A stretch of 64,000 nucleotides of DNA, taken from an uncultured delta proteobacterium. GTDB taxonomy: Bacteria > Desulfobacterota > WTBG01 > JAGOGO01. The position numbers and the translations under genes were made by a program. The stretch is taken from contig CAVSIB010000016.1 in NCBI GenBank assembly GCA_963727835.1, forward strand, positions 20,511-84,510, read 5' to 3'. This document shows positions 29,393 through 39,180 of this stretch, piece after piece. Numbering within the stretch: position 1 is the first letter of the stretch; each line of letters opens with the position of its first letter. Below the pieces are notes generated by a model. It had not been told where the DNA came from. It did no database searches and worked only from the letters and a program-made list of their open reading frames with translations.

Positions 29393-30981
29393 CTACCGAG
29401 CAACAAAATGCACCAAGAGCAGAGGTATGGCATTATTTTTTTCCGAACTCTCATGGCTGAGAACCACCTCAAACATGAGTTGATCTTTTCCTAAAGCCGA
29501 AAGCATTTCATAGATGTCTTGAGCGACAAGAAAGTAACCTTGTTTTCTGGAAGCCAGCGCGGAAACAACCGCCCGGGGTTGTGGATCAAGATCCAACCTT
29601 CGAAACTCGCGTCGCGCGTAGAAAGGAAGAGCGTCTTTCGTTTGAGTGAAATATATCGGTTCATTCCTGGGCACAAGGCGGTTAATGCCCTGGGCAAAGC
29701 TAACAATGCTCCTCCGAGCGCTCACCGGTGGTTCAATCCAGCCAGAAATCGTGATTATACATAGCACGCCGGTTAAAACGAAAAGTTTGAAAGCCCTTTG
29801 AGGGCGTGAAAAAAGAAAACAGGAACCTATGGATGCTGGAATGGCAAGACAGCAGCCCACGGCAAGTGCCACCGTGAGGCTCGCAATTCCGCGGGAATAG
29901 ATAGAGAAACCGACCCCGAAAGAGAAGAGCACACAGCACAGTGAAAGCAACCCAGCCAAAACCCAGCCAAAACGATCTATATTCCTGCTCTCAATTATTT
30001 TCAAAAACTGCCTCAGCAGCACAGCCTCAATCACGCCCACGGAAGGAATCACCGGCAAGAGGTGATGGATCGGCTGTTTGGCACACGCTGCGAAGAAAAC
30101 GAAGTTTCCGGTCAACCACAAGGAACAAAACCGCAGTCGTGACCAGCTTTGCAATTTTCGTCCCCAGGCCGGCAAAAAAAGTGCCCCAATGCCGAAAATA
30201 CTCCAGGGGTAAGTGAACCACGGCCAATTGCCCAGGTGTTGGAAATAACTCCAGCCATTATGCTCCTGGCTCGGAACCACAGACCGTTTTACGTCAGCAA
30301 TCACCTGCAGCAGAAAGTCTTTTTCCATAACCAAAGCATTATCGGCCAGGCAAATGCGAACCCTATCACCATGAGCAGTCCCCACCACGGTCGCATCCGC
30401 ACCCCCAGCTGCCATTGATGCGACACCCATAGTTCCAGCACAATAGGTATACTCACAATAACCAGTGCCAACGGCCCCTTGAACAAGCAGGCTAACGACA
30501 GGCTAACATAAAACCCCCACCACGAAGCTGACCACGCTCGGCCCTCCTTTTTCCATACCAGCCACAACAGCAGAGCAAGGCCTGTAAAAAAGCTCAGCAA
30601 TAAATCTTGGCTCGGCGAATGACATTCGGAAATAAAATAAGGTGTGACGGCCAAAATCAGGGCGGCAATCCGTCCGGTTTCCCTGTCAAAAAGTCGGCGC
30701 GTTATCGCCCAGGCCACAAAGATAATCCCCAGGCCGGCGAGCGCAAACGGCAGTCGGAAGCCCAACTCATTTCGTCCCAGCAGCCGCATGCTTCCCACCA
30801 CGATCCAATCCGCAAACGGGGGTTTCAAAATCCGCGGTTTACCTTCCAATTGCGGCAACAGCCAATGGCCGTTGTCAGCTACATCCGCCGCCGTGCCGGC
30901 GATTCTCCGTTCACGCACATCCGCGATATCGCGCGACCCAAGAAAACAGAACACCGATACGATGCAGACGATGCCAACCAA
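29393..30981 (-). CDS. ArnT/PMT-family (GT83/COG1807) membrane glycosyltransferase, paralog 4; one frameshift in 30301-30430
   Basis: N-terminal ORF (30301-30981) has RERRIAGTAADV...HWLLPQLEGKPRILKPPFADW. The C-terminal ORF (29393-30430) is in another frame. Homopolymers at 30320-30324 and 30402-30406 lie in the overlap. This stretch is visibly more GC-rich than the neighbouring arn genes. Confidence 0.7.
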
Positions 30982-31641
30982 CAGGTCAGCATATTGTGCC
31001 CAGAACAGATATGTCTGCGCGTTCTTTCTGAGAAACTCGCAAAGCCTGCGATTTGGCGCAGCGGGGCAGAAATCTAATAAAAGCTTGCTGTTTAGCTGAC
31101 AAAAGAATATCTAACCAATGTTTATAAAAATGAATAAAAACTATTTTTATGCTGGCAACCTCAGAACTATACTTATGAATCTGGCGAGATACCAGGAATT
31201 AAGGGGACCACCACTAAAGATAACATTTTACGATGTCTTTTCTTCTTCCGTTATTTTTTAAAAGAAGCATGCGGTAGAGCATCAGCAAAATCAGCGATAG
31301 CAACAAACTAAAAAAAACCTCCCAGGACTGCAACCACCAAAGACTCCTTTAGAATTTCTGGTCAATAAGTCCGAATATATCTATTTATGATAGTGTACAT
31401 GAATTAAAAATTCAAATCCTTTTTTTACCTATTGCTCCCTGTAACATTCTAAAGATTTTTTAAATTAAATTTTTTTAATGGTGAGAACTTTTTTAATTAC
31501 TACTTGTCACCAAAGTATGCTAAGTTGACTTTTTTTACTTTCTTTCGATTAAAGTGATTATGAAAAAATTTTTAAAAAAGATCCAAGAGATAATTTAGTT
31601 TTACGGCACTTAAAAAACGCGGAACTTCAGGAGTATAATCT

Positions 31642-32532
31642 ATGTCGGTTGTTATACGGTTTTCTTCGCCAAATCTTGTTGCCGCTGGTTCAGTCGCCGC
31701 GAGTGTTGAAGAAAAGCTTTATTTTCAAGGGACAAACGGCCGGGCTGTTCTTTTAGTACATGGGCTTACCGGCTCGCCTTATGAGATGAAATATTTGGCG
31801 CATTTTTTTCATGAACGCGGCTATACAGTGTCGTGTCCCAGGCTGGCAAATCATGGACAGCCGCTGGATGTGTTAAAACAGACAAAATGGACTGAATTTT
31901 ATGATTCAGTCCGTAAAGCTTTTTTTGATTTAACATCCGGCCATGATAAGATTTTTGTCGCCGGATTATCGATGGGGGCGTTGTTATCGCTGGCCCTGGC
32001 TGAAGAGTATCCGGATGCGGTCGCCGGAGTAAGCTGTTTGTCACCGACTTTATTTTATGATGGCTGGAACGTTCCCTGGTCGCGAATCTTTTTGCCGCTG
32101 GTCTGCGCTACGCCGCTTAAAGATTTTTTTTATTTTAAAGAAGAACCTCCGTATGGTATTAAAAACGAAAAAATACGCCAGTTAATCCATAGGTATTACA
32201 GCCGGGCAACTTTGGATAACATGAAAGAAGTGGCAAGGCACGGTTATCCGTATTTTCCAGTGGTGTTATTAAACCAGCTAAAGTTATTGATCGTTTTTTT
32301 GCGTAAACGTTTTAATAAGATAATTACTCCGGTGCAGATGATCCAGGCTAGATATGATGACATGACCAGCCCTCGTAATGCACGGTTTATATATGACCGG
32401 GTCAGTTCAAAGAAAAAAGAGATCGTGTATTTGGAAGATTCGTATCATGTGATTACGGCTGATCAGGAGAAAGATAAGGTGGCTTATGTGATGGATGAGT
32501 TTTTTGGGAACATCCGAGGAGCCAGTTCATGA
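31642..32532 (+). CDS. Alpha/beta-hydrolase fold esterase/lipase-like protein
   Basis: VLLVHGLTGSPYEM, nucleophile elbow GLSMGA and a downstream D/H region. Its stop overlaps the next start (ATGA). Confidence 0.75.
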   Translation: MSVVIRFSSPNLVAAGSVAASVEEKLYFQGTNGRAVLLVHGLTGSPYEMKYLAHFFHERGYTVSCPRLANHGQPLDVLKQTKWTEFYDSVRKAFFDLTSGHDKIFVAGLSMGALLSLALAEEYPDAVAGVSCLSPTLFYDGWNVPWSRIFLPLVCATPLKDFFYFKEEPPYGIKNEKIRQLIHRYYSRATLDNMKEVARHGYPYFPVVLLNQLKLLIVFLRKRFNKIITPVQMIQARYDDMTSPRNARFIYDRVSSKKKEIVYLEDSYHVITADQEKDKVAYVMDEFFGNIRGASS

Positions 32533-33254
32533 TGCCGAAAAAAGCTGATGATCAGGAACTGAAACTTCTTTTGGAAGCAGGCAACCTTGATATTTCCGCC
32601 TGTGGGGTATTTTTTGATTTTGATAACACTATTACTTCCTATGACGTGCTGGACGAGATAATCAAGCGGTTTGCTGTAGACAGCGAGTGGGAGGAATTTG
32701 AAAAGGCCTGGGCTGAAGGAAAGATTGGTTCGCGTGAATGCCTTAAGGGGCAGTTAAAGTGTTTGCGGGCAACAAAAGACGATCTGATCAAGTATGTTTC
32801 TGAGGTAAAGGTCGATCCATATTTTAGCAATATAATTAACTTATTAGTGGTTGCCGGGATTGAGCCGGTACTAACCAGCGATAGTTTTACTTTTGTGATA
32901 AACCAGATATTGCGCTGTAACGGGATCAAAGGGGTCAAAGTCTACGCCAACCAATTGCGGTTTTCAGGTAAAAATCTGATCCCGGTGTTTCCGCTTTCCG
33001 ACCCGCTTTGCAGTAAATGTGCGCATTGCAAGAGAAACCGTTTGTCTGACAGCCGAAGCCGCTCGAGATTCCTGGTCTATGTCGGCGATGGGCGTTCGGA
33101 TATTTGTCCGGCTCAGGCCGCGGATTTGGTATTTGCGAAAGACAGCCTGATCCGTTATTGTGCGGATATGAATAAGCCTTGCGTTGAGTTTAAAGACCTC
33201 AGCGAAGTATATAACCATTTAAGGAGGCAGCCCAATGGCACAAACGTTAAGTGA
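32529..33254 (+). CDS. HAD-superfamily phosphatase, MtnX-like (DxDxT, with a CxxC..C cysteine cluster)
   Basis: FFDFDNTIT (motif I), GDGRSD (motif IV) and SKCAHCKRN. Resembles 2-hydroxy-3-keto-5-methylthiopentenyl-1-phosphate phosphatase-type HADs. Translationally coupled to its neighbours. Confidence 0.65.
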   Translation: MMPKKADDQELKLLLEAGNLDISACGVFFDFDNTITSYDVLDEIIKRFAVDSEWEEFEKAWAEGKIGSRECLKGQLKCLRATKDDLIKYVSEVKVDPYFSNIINLLVVAGIEPVLTSDSFTFVINQILRCNGIKGVKVYANQLRFSGKNLIPVFPLSDPLCSKCAHCKRNRLSDSRSRSRFLVYVGDGRSDICPAQAADLVFAKDSLIRYCADMNKPCVEFKDLSEVYNHLRRQPNGTNVK

Positions 33255-34623
33255 TAAAGAATTGCTTGAATTAGAAGCTAAATATTGTTCCTGGGGTGAT
33301 ACGGTCCACTATACCGAAAAGCTGGATATTTTTGAACGCTCAGAAGGTATTTATCTGTATGATAATCACGGTACGCAGTATTTGGATCTTCAGATGTGGT
33401 ATTCAGCGGCGAATTTCGGTTATAAAAATTCGCGGCTTAATGAGGCGTTAATAAAACAGATCAACACCTTGCCGCAGTTGGCTTGTCAATATTTGCATAA
33501 AGAAAAGATCTTGTTGGCGGCTAAGATAGCCCAGAATATGGAACAAACCTTCAATGTAAAAGGCAGAGTCCATTTTAACGTCGGCGGCGCTTCAGCTGTC
33601 GAAGATTCTATGAAACTAGTCCGTAATCATACCGGCAAGACGCTTGCCTTCGCGTTTATGGGCGGTTATCACGGCCGGACCTTAGGGGTATCCGCGATAA
33701 CTTCCAGCTATCGTTATCGTGAACGTTACGGCCATTTTTCCGATCGAGCAAATTTTATTCCGTATCCTTATTGTTTTCGTTGTTTCTATGAAAAAAAGCC
33801 GGAGTCTTGCGGCTTATACTGTTTAAAGCAATTTGAAAAACTTTTTGAGACGGAATACTACGCGGTAGTGAATAAGAAAAACAGCAATTGCGAATTCGGA
33901 GCGTTTTATGTCGAAGCGTTGCAGGGTACCGGCGGATATATCGTGCCGCCGATGAATTATTTTAAAGAACTCAAGAAGATACTGGACCAGTATAAGATCC
34001 TTTTTATTGATGACGAGGTCCAGATGGGTTTTTATCGTACCGGTAAATTATGGGCGATCGAACATTTTGGCGTAACGCCGGATGTTTTGGTTTGCGGCAA
34101 ATCTCTGACTAACGGGCTTAATCCGCTATCCTGTATCTGGGCAAAAGAAGAATTGATCTCGCCGAAAGTATTCGGGCCAGGTTCTACGCATTCTACATTT
34201 TCTTCGAACTCTTTAGGCACCACGGTCGGGTTAGAAGTCATGAAGGTGATCGAAGAATCGGATTTCGCGGTATCGGTTCCGGCTAAAGGAAAATATTTTG
34301 TCGAACGGTTAAAACAATTGCAGAAAAAATACCCCTATATCGGGCATGTCGAAGGTTTGGGCTTGGCGATCCGTGTGGAGATCTGCGAAAAAGACGGCTA
34401 TAAGCCGAGCAAAAAACTTACTGACGCGATATTTGACATCGGCTTAGGCGGCGAGTTGACTGCCGGCGGTAAAAAACGCGGATTGATCCTGAATGTCGGC
34501 GGGTATTATAAAAACGTGTTTACTTTGGTACCGTCATTGTACATCACTGAGAAAGAAATCGATACCGCGATAGAGCTGTTTGAAGAAGCTCTGCAAAAAG
34601 GTATCGCTCAAGTCTGCACTTAA
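33235..34623 (+). CDS. Class-III (fold type I) PLP-dependent aminotransferase
   Basis: GGYHGRT, FIDDEVQMGFYRTGKLWA and lysine context VCGKSL. Its 5' end overlaps the HAD gene by 20 nt. Confidence 0.8.
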   Translation: MAQTLSDKELLELEAKYCSWGDTVHYTEKLDIFERSEGIYLYDNHGTQYLDLQMWYSAANFGYKNSRLNEALIKQINTLPQLACQYLHKEKILLAAKIAQNMEQTFNVKGRVHFNVGGASAVEDSMKLVRNHTGKTLAFAFMGGYHGRTLGVSAITSSYRYRERYGHFSDRANFIPYPYCFRCFYEKKPESCGLYCLKQFEKLFETEYYAVVNKKNSNCEFGAFYVEALQGTGGYIVPPMNYFKELKKILDQYKILFIDDEVQMGFYRTGKLWAIEHFGVTPDVLVCGKSLTNGLNPLSCIWAKEELISPKVFGPGSTHSTFSSNSLGTTVGLEVMKVIEESDFAVSVPAKGKYFVERLKQLQKKYPYIGHVEGLGLAIRVEICEKDGYKPSKKLTDAIFDIGLGGELTAGGKKRGLILNVGGYYKNVFTLVPSLYITEKEIDTAIELFEEALQKGIAQVCT

Positions 34624-34690
34624 GGCGATATGCTGAAAAAGGAAACTCATCACTTACTTTTACGGTTATAGCGCTTTTATTAGCTACTGA

Positions 34691-34992
34691 TTTGGCGGAA
34701 ATGGCCGCGGAAGCATTGTTTACACAGATAAATTTCACGACTATGATTCTCTGGTATTCTGTGGTTACCGCCACATCAAGATTGACCATGGCAAGTACTT
34801 CGCTTCCGGCAAAGTGTATATTAATGACCTTGAAGGGTTCTGGACTTTCGCCAAAGAACGCCTAATGAAATATCATGGAGTTTCACAAAAGAAATTTCCC
34901 TTGTAGTTAAAAGAGCTGGAATTCCATTATAATAACAGATACAAAAATATGTTCGCTTTATTAACTCAATTACTGGCTGAGTTCGAACCAAA
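34691..34992 (+). pseudogene. IS1595-family (ISXO2-like) transposase C-terminal remnant with an internal stop
   Basis: Translation GSIVYTDKFHDYDSLVFCGYRHIKIDHGKYFASGKVYINDLEGFWTFAKERLMKYHGVSQKKFPL*LKELEFHYNNRYKNMF matches the conserved C-terminus of IS1595 DDE transposases. The N-terminal ~200 aa is not present. Confidence 0.7.
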
Positions 34993-35132
34993 TCTTTTAT
35001 AATCACCTAAAATTTGATATTGCATACAAAAATGAAATTCAGCGGCGTGGTTGAGTAGGTATAAAGGGGAAATCCCAGGTGCTATAATTTTCCGGTAAAG
35101 CTTTGTCAGCATCGGCATGAATAGAATCGAAA

Positions 35133-35885
35133 GTGAGCAGAGTGATGGGCACACGGGTCTTTGAGCGCACGGAACATTTCAACCCAGTAGTGGTCGCTCC
35201 CACATTCAACAATGTATCAACACTGATCCAAGTCCTCAATCGAATAATTGTACTCAATTTACCGCTGATCGTCGTTAATGACGGCTCAACTGACCGGACC
35301 GGGGATTTATTAAAAACCTGGTATCAGGATCAACCGCGCCGAGAGCATATCCATATTTTCGACCACATTCAAAATCGCGGCAAAGGGCAGGCTTTACGGA
35401 CCGCCTTTTCCATGACCGAGGGGCTTGGTTTCACGCACGCCGTCACCATCGACACGGACGGCCAACTCGATCCTGAACAAATACCGGATCTCCTTTTAGC
35501 CGCTTCGGCAAATCCCGATGCGCTGATACTTGGGTTCCGCGATGATACTGCTTTTGATTATCCCAAAAAAAGCAGAGTAGGCCGACGACTTTCAAATTTT
35601 TTCATCCGGGTGGAATGCGGCCTGTCTCTCGGAGACAGCCAATGCGGGTTTCGGGTGTATCCGATCAGGCTTGTCCAAAATATCACCTGCGGCGCGGGAC
35701 GTTACGGTTACGAGACTGAGATAATTGTGAGGGCAGTATGGGCGGGATGTCCGATTGTGGAAGTGCCGGTTCGATGCCGCTATTTTTTTGGCGAAAATCA
35801 CCGTACTCATTTTAAACCATGGCAGGACACATTCAGACACGTCAGCTTACACGCACGCATGTTAGCCAGACGCTTTTGCCGGTGA
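35133..35885 (+). CDS. GT2-family glycosyltransferase (polyprenyl-phosphate sugar transferase-like, ArnC/LgmA-like), soluble
   Basis: VVAPTFNNVSTL...VVNDGSTDRTGDLL...TIDTDGQLDPEQIP; GT-A DxD present. GTG start at 35133 or ATG at 35145. GC-rich codon usage distinct from the flanks. Confidence 0.75.
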   Translation: MSRVMGTRVFERTEHFNPVVVAPTFNNVSTLIQVLNRIIVLNLPLIVVNDGSTDRTGDLLKTWYQDQPRREHIHIFDHIQNRGKGQALRTAFSMTEGLGFTHAVTIDTDGQLDPEQIPDLLLAASANPDALILGFRDDTAFDYPKKSRVGRRLSNFFIRVECGLSLGDSQCGFRVYPIRLVQNITCGAGRYGYETEIIVRAVWAGCPIVEVPVRCRYFFGENHRTHFKPWQDTFRHVSLHARMLARRFCR

Positions 35886-36020
35886 CTCATACAAGGATAG
35901 TTAAAAAAACAGCGATGATTCACCACTGTTAAAGAACACCTGACGGCAGTGAGAGCAAACCCCCGCCAGATCCTGACAGGAATTTTGTCAAAATCCCCAT
36001 GACCGGAGAGCTTTGTCGCA

Positions 36021-36878
36021 GTGCACCAAAAATCGTGTGAATTAAAAAACCAGTATGCCATCAGTTGCAAAGAGCTGACATTCGCTCTCATCATCGTAGG
36101 GCTTTCATGTGCAGTGCGAATTCTTTATTCACTGCATTGCCAGCTCTGTAGCGATGAGCCGCAGCATCTTCATGTGATCTGGGGCTGGTATCATGGCCTT
36201 GTGCAATATCGGGATATCTTTGATAATCACATGCCGCTCTTTCATATACTCCTGAGCCCGCTTTTCTCGGCTATCGGCGAGCGGCCCACCCTCATGATCT
36301 GGATGCGTCTGGCGATGCTACCGCTCTTTGCCGTAATCATTTTTTGCATTTACGTGATTGGGGCGTCTGTTTTCAGCAAGCGGGTTGGTCTCTGGGCGGC
36401 AGTGTGGACAACGGTTTTTCCATCAATGAGCCTGTTTATTGAATTCCGAACCGACATTCTCTGGGCACTGTGCTGGTTTTCCTGTATCGCGATTCTGGTA
36501 AGCGGCCGGCTGACCATACGGCGTAGTGCGGTTGCCGGATTTTTTGCCGGATTGACGTTCGCAACCTCTCTTAAAACATCATTTCTGGCAGTCGCGTTAG
36601 CCGCTTCAATTGTCGCAACCATCCTCATAACCCGTAAATCTTACCATTGGGCCGGCCAAGCTTCTCAATTGATCCTAAAAGGTTGCGCATTTATTGTTTG
36701 CCTCTTAATTCCCCCTGCGGTGCTCGTTGCTTATTTTTACGCCCGCGGTGCTGCTGATTCGATGTATTACTGCGTGGTTGCGCATAATCTTGTCTTAGAA
36801 CGCGAATTTTTTTTTCGACATTTAATATCCATGAGCTATAGCAATATCTGTTTCATTGGTCTGTTCGGTAGGTCTTAA
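36021..36878 (+). CDS. Polytopic membrane protein, probable N-terminal portion of a GT-C (ArnT/PMT-like) glycosyltransferase
   Basis: ~8 TM helices. The first loop has DEPQHLHV...YRDIFDNHMPLF, resembling the GT-C DEx motif. Its 3' end overlaps the next ORF by 23 nt in a different frame. Confidence 0.55.
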   Translation: MHQKSCELKNQYAISCKELTFALIIVGLSCAVRILYSLHCQLCSDEPQHLHVIWGWYHGLVQYRDIFDNHMPLFHILLSPLFSAIGERPTLMIWMRLAMLPLFAVIIFCIYVIGASVFSKRVGLWAAVWTTVFPSMSLFIEFRTDILWALCWFSCIAILVSGRLTIRRSAVAGFFAGLTFATSLKTSFLAVALAASIVATILITRKSYHWAGQASQLILKGCAFIVCLLIPPAVLVAYFYARGAADSMYYCVVAHNLVLEREFFFRHLISMSYSNICFIGLFGRS

Positions 36879-37716
36879 GCGACTTGAACAGTCCGATACA
36901 AAGATGCTCCGGAAAACTTTCATCATGCTTCTGGCAGGGTTCTCGTTTGCAATGCTGCAACTCTGGCCTGTTCTGACTCAGCAGGACTATGCTGTCATCC
37001 TGCCGGCATTTCTGGTGGTTGGGGCTGCGCTAATCGAGTTTGCACAGGTATCCGCTTTAAAGCGCCGGCCTTTTTTACCTCTTCGCCAGCTCTTTCCGGT
37101 TATCATGGCCATCCAACTTGGTATGATGGCGATCTTTGCGCCCTGGCACAGCGCTCTGACATATAACCTTCAGCAATGGCGTGATGTGTTGCGCATGACC
37201 GATCCCGATCAAACGGTAATGGATCTTAAGGGTGAATTAATTTTCAGACCCCGGCCGTACTATTATGTTGTCGAAACATTCACCAGTAAAAGGATCCACC
37301 AAGGCCTGCTGAAAGATGATATTCCAGAGCAGATGGTAGCCCGCGGAACGTGTGTTGCAAACCATCCGATGGGCTGGGAAGGCCGCATGCCCGCGCGGAC
37401 CGGCGAATTCATAAAACGCAATTACGTTTCTGTTGGAACGCTGCTGGTGGCCGGGAAAGTCCTTGAAAGGACCTCTCCAACCGATCGCATTGAATTTGAA
37501 ATTGAATTGCCGGCACAGTATTCTCTCGTTTCCGCATCTGGACCAGCAACGGGTCTGCTCGATAACGAGCCGGTTGGGCAAACGGTTTTGCTCAAACCTG
37601 GACGACATTTTTACCAGCCTCGCACAACGGAAACTAAATTTGCTCTCGTGTGGTCACAGGCTCTTGAGCGAGGTTTCTGGCCCGTGAAAATAGTAAAACG
37701 GAATCCCCAGCCATGA
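36856..37716 (+). CDS. Membrane-anchored protein with C-terminal soluble domain; possibly the C-terminal half of the preceding GT-C gene
   Basis: Three N-terminal TM helices then a ~190-aa hydrophilic domain. The ORF-track start is TTG at 36856; the first ATG is at 36904. The stop overlaps the PIG-L gene start (ATGA). Confidence 0.5.
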   Translation: MVCSVGLKRLEQSDTKMLRKTFIMLLAGFSFAMLQLWPVLTQQDYAVILPAFLVVGAALIEFAQVSALKRRPFLPLRQLFPVIMAIQLGMMAIFAPWHSALTYNLQQWRDVLRMTDPDQTVMDLKGELIFRPRPYYYVVETFTSKRIHQGLLKDDIPEQMVARGTCVANHPMGWEGRMPARTGEFIKRNYVSVGTLLVAGKVLERTSPTDRIEFEIELPAQYSLVSASGPATGLLDNEPVGQTVLLKPGRHFYQPRTTETKFALVWSQALERGFWPVKIVKRNPQP

Positions 37717-38798
37717 CCGGGGCCATTTTTGACACCAACAGCAGGGTGCTGGTAATGGCGCCTCATCCTGATGATGAATCCCTTGCTGCTGGCGCCCTTC
37801 TCCAGTATGCACATCAAGCCGGCGCCCAAATCCGGATTCTGTTTATGACCAACGGAGAAAATAATCCCTGGCCTCAGCGCGTGCTGGAACGACGCTGGCG
37901 AATTCGCCCGGAAGATAAAATTCGCTTCGGCCTGCTCCGCAAAGCTGAAGCGCAATCCGCAATCGAGACCTTGGGATTAGATTGCGCCTGCGCTCAATTC
38001 CTTGGGTTCCCTGATCGGGGGATAACGCATCTCCTGCTCACCGCGGCCCCGCAGACAATTATTCCGGCACTGGTCCAGAACTTCGAACAATTCGGGCCCA
38101 GCCATATCGTTTACCCTTCGGGATTTGACCTTCATCCGGACCACAATGGCCTGAATGTGCTGGTGGAAATGGCTTTGCGGCAATCCAAAAACCACCCGCC
38201 ATCGGGTATGACCTATATTGTGCACCGGAGAAAACACAGAGAGAACGCTCCTGCTACTATAATACTAAACGTAACTCCTAGCCAGATACAGATTAAACGT
38301 GGCGCAATCCTCTGCCATACGTCACAGCTTACATTAAGGCCCTGGAGTCTTCTCGCCAGGGCAAAAGATACCGAGGAATTCCTTGCGGTCGAAAAACCCC
38401 AGGTTTATTGTCCATACCATCCCGTCCGTAACGCACAAATTCAGGACGACAGACTTCAGGCCGCGCTTGCCTTGCAACCTCACCCCAGCGCATTTGGCAA
38501 ACCTTACCTTTACCTGATAGGGATTTTGGAGAATGGAATGGTCAGCGCCTATAAATTGCTGTTCGATGCTAGCCCGATGCCGTGGTCCGGAATTTCCAAG
38601 GTCGAACTTGTTGATCTGGCCTCAAATTCAGTTCGTGGGCAGGGCCACTATCGCGGTAATTTTAAATCGGGATTGATTGAGATGGATTGTGAGCCGATTT
38701 CGCAGTTTCAACGAGTGTTTATCAAACTTAATCGGCCATTCGGTTTCTTTGATGAGGCAGGGTGGCGTGAATTGCCAATCGACCCATGCAAGGATTAG
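37713..38798 (+). CDS. PIG-L/LmbE-family N-acetylglucosaminyl deacetylase-like protein
   Basis: RVLVMAPHPDDESLAAGALL...ILFMTNGE...HPDHN is the LmbE/PIG-L zinc-deacetylase signature. 361 aa with an extra C-terminal domain. Confidence 0.8.
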   Translation: MTGAIFDTNSRVLVMAPHPDDESLAAGALLQYAHQAGAQIRILFMTNGENNPWPQRVLERRWRIRPEDKIRFGLLRKAEAQSAIETLGLDCACAQFLGFPDRGITHLLLTAAPQTIIPALVQNFEQFGPSHIVYPSGFDLHPDHNGLNVLVEMALRQSKNHPPSGMTYIVHRRKHRENAPATIILNVTPSQIQIKRGAILCHTSQLTLRPWSLLARAKDTEEFLAVEKPQVYCPYHPVRNAQIQDDRLQAALALQPHPSAFGKPYLYLIGILENGMVSAYKLLFDASPMPWSGISKVELVDLASNSVRGQGHYRGNFKSGLIEMDCEPISQFQRVFIKLNRPFGFFDEAGWRELPIDPCKD

Positions 38799-39180
38799 AG
38801 GCAGATCTGGAGAAAGCAGTATAATAGGCAACGACCCCACAGCTCTTTAAGCGGGTTAACACCGTATGCATTTATCAAAGAACAACAAAACAAAAACCTT
38901 ACTAAGGAAGAAACTGTCAATGTGAAACTGGCCCACACTACGGGGTAAGGTCAGGTTACGTATCCAGAATATCCCATGAGAAAACAAGGGCAAAAAATCG
39001 TATTAAAATTTTACCATTTGGTTTCTTGGTTACCTGCGTGTAATGAGGCCAAGCCCTGGCAACTATTTTACTCCATAAAATTATAACTGATTGTTTTTTT
39101 TATTTACTTGAACTAATCCATTGGCAACGTCTTTGTTTTTATGTAGTTTGCGCCGATAGTAACTGAGGATTAAGATAAGA

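Noticed and set aside
31708-31731. The hydrolase N-terminus contains EEKLYFQG, which fits the TEV-protease general consensus ExxYxQ/G. It sits about where a tag-cleavage site would sit in an engineered construct.
   Set aside because: No His-tag, linker, vector backbone or codon-optimised signature nearby. The surrounding DNA is ordinary AT-rich chromosomal sequence with native operon overlaps. Most likely coincidence.
36856-36878. Possible frameshift joining ORFs 36021-36878 and 36856-37716 into one GT-C gene.
   Set aside because: Not rejected outright. The 23-nt overlap with a TTG start, and an ATG 26 nt after the first stop, are equally compatible with two adjacent genes. No homopolymer is evident in the overlap, so it is left as two features with a note.
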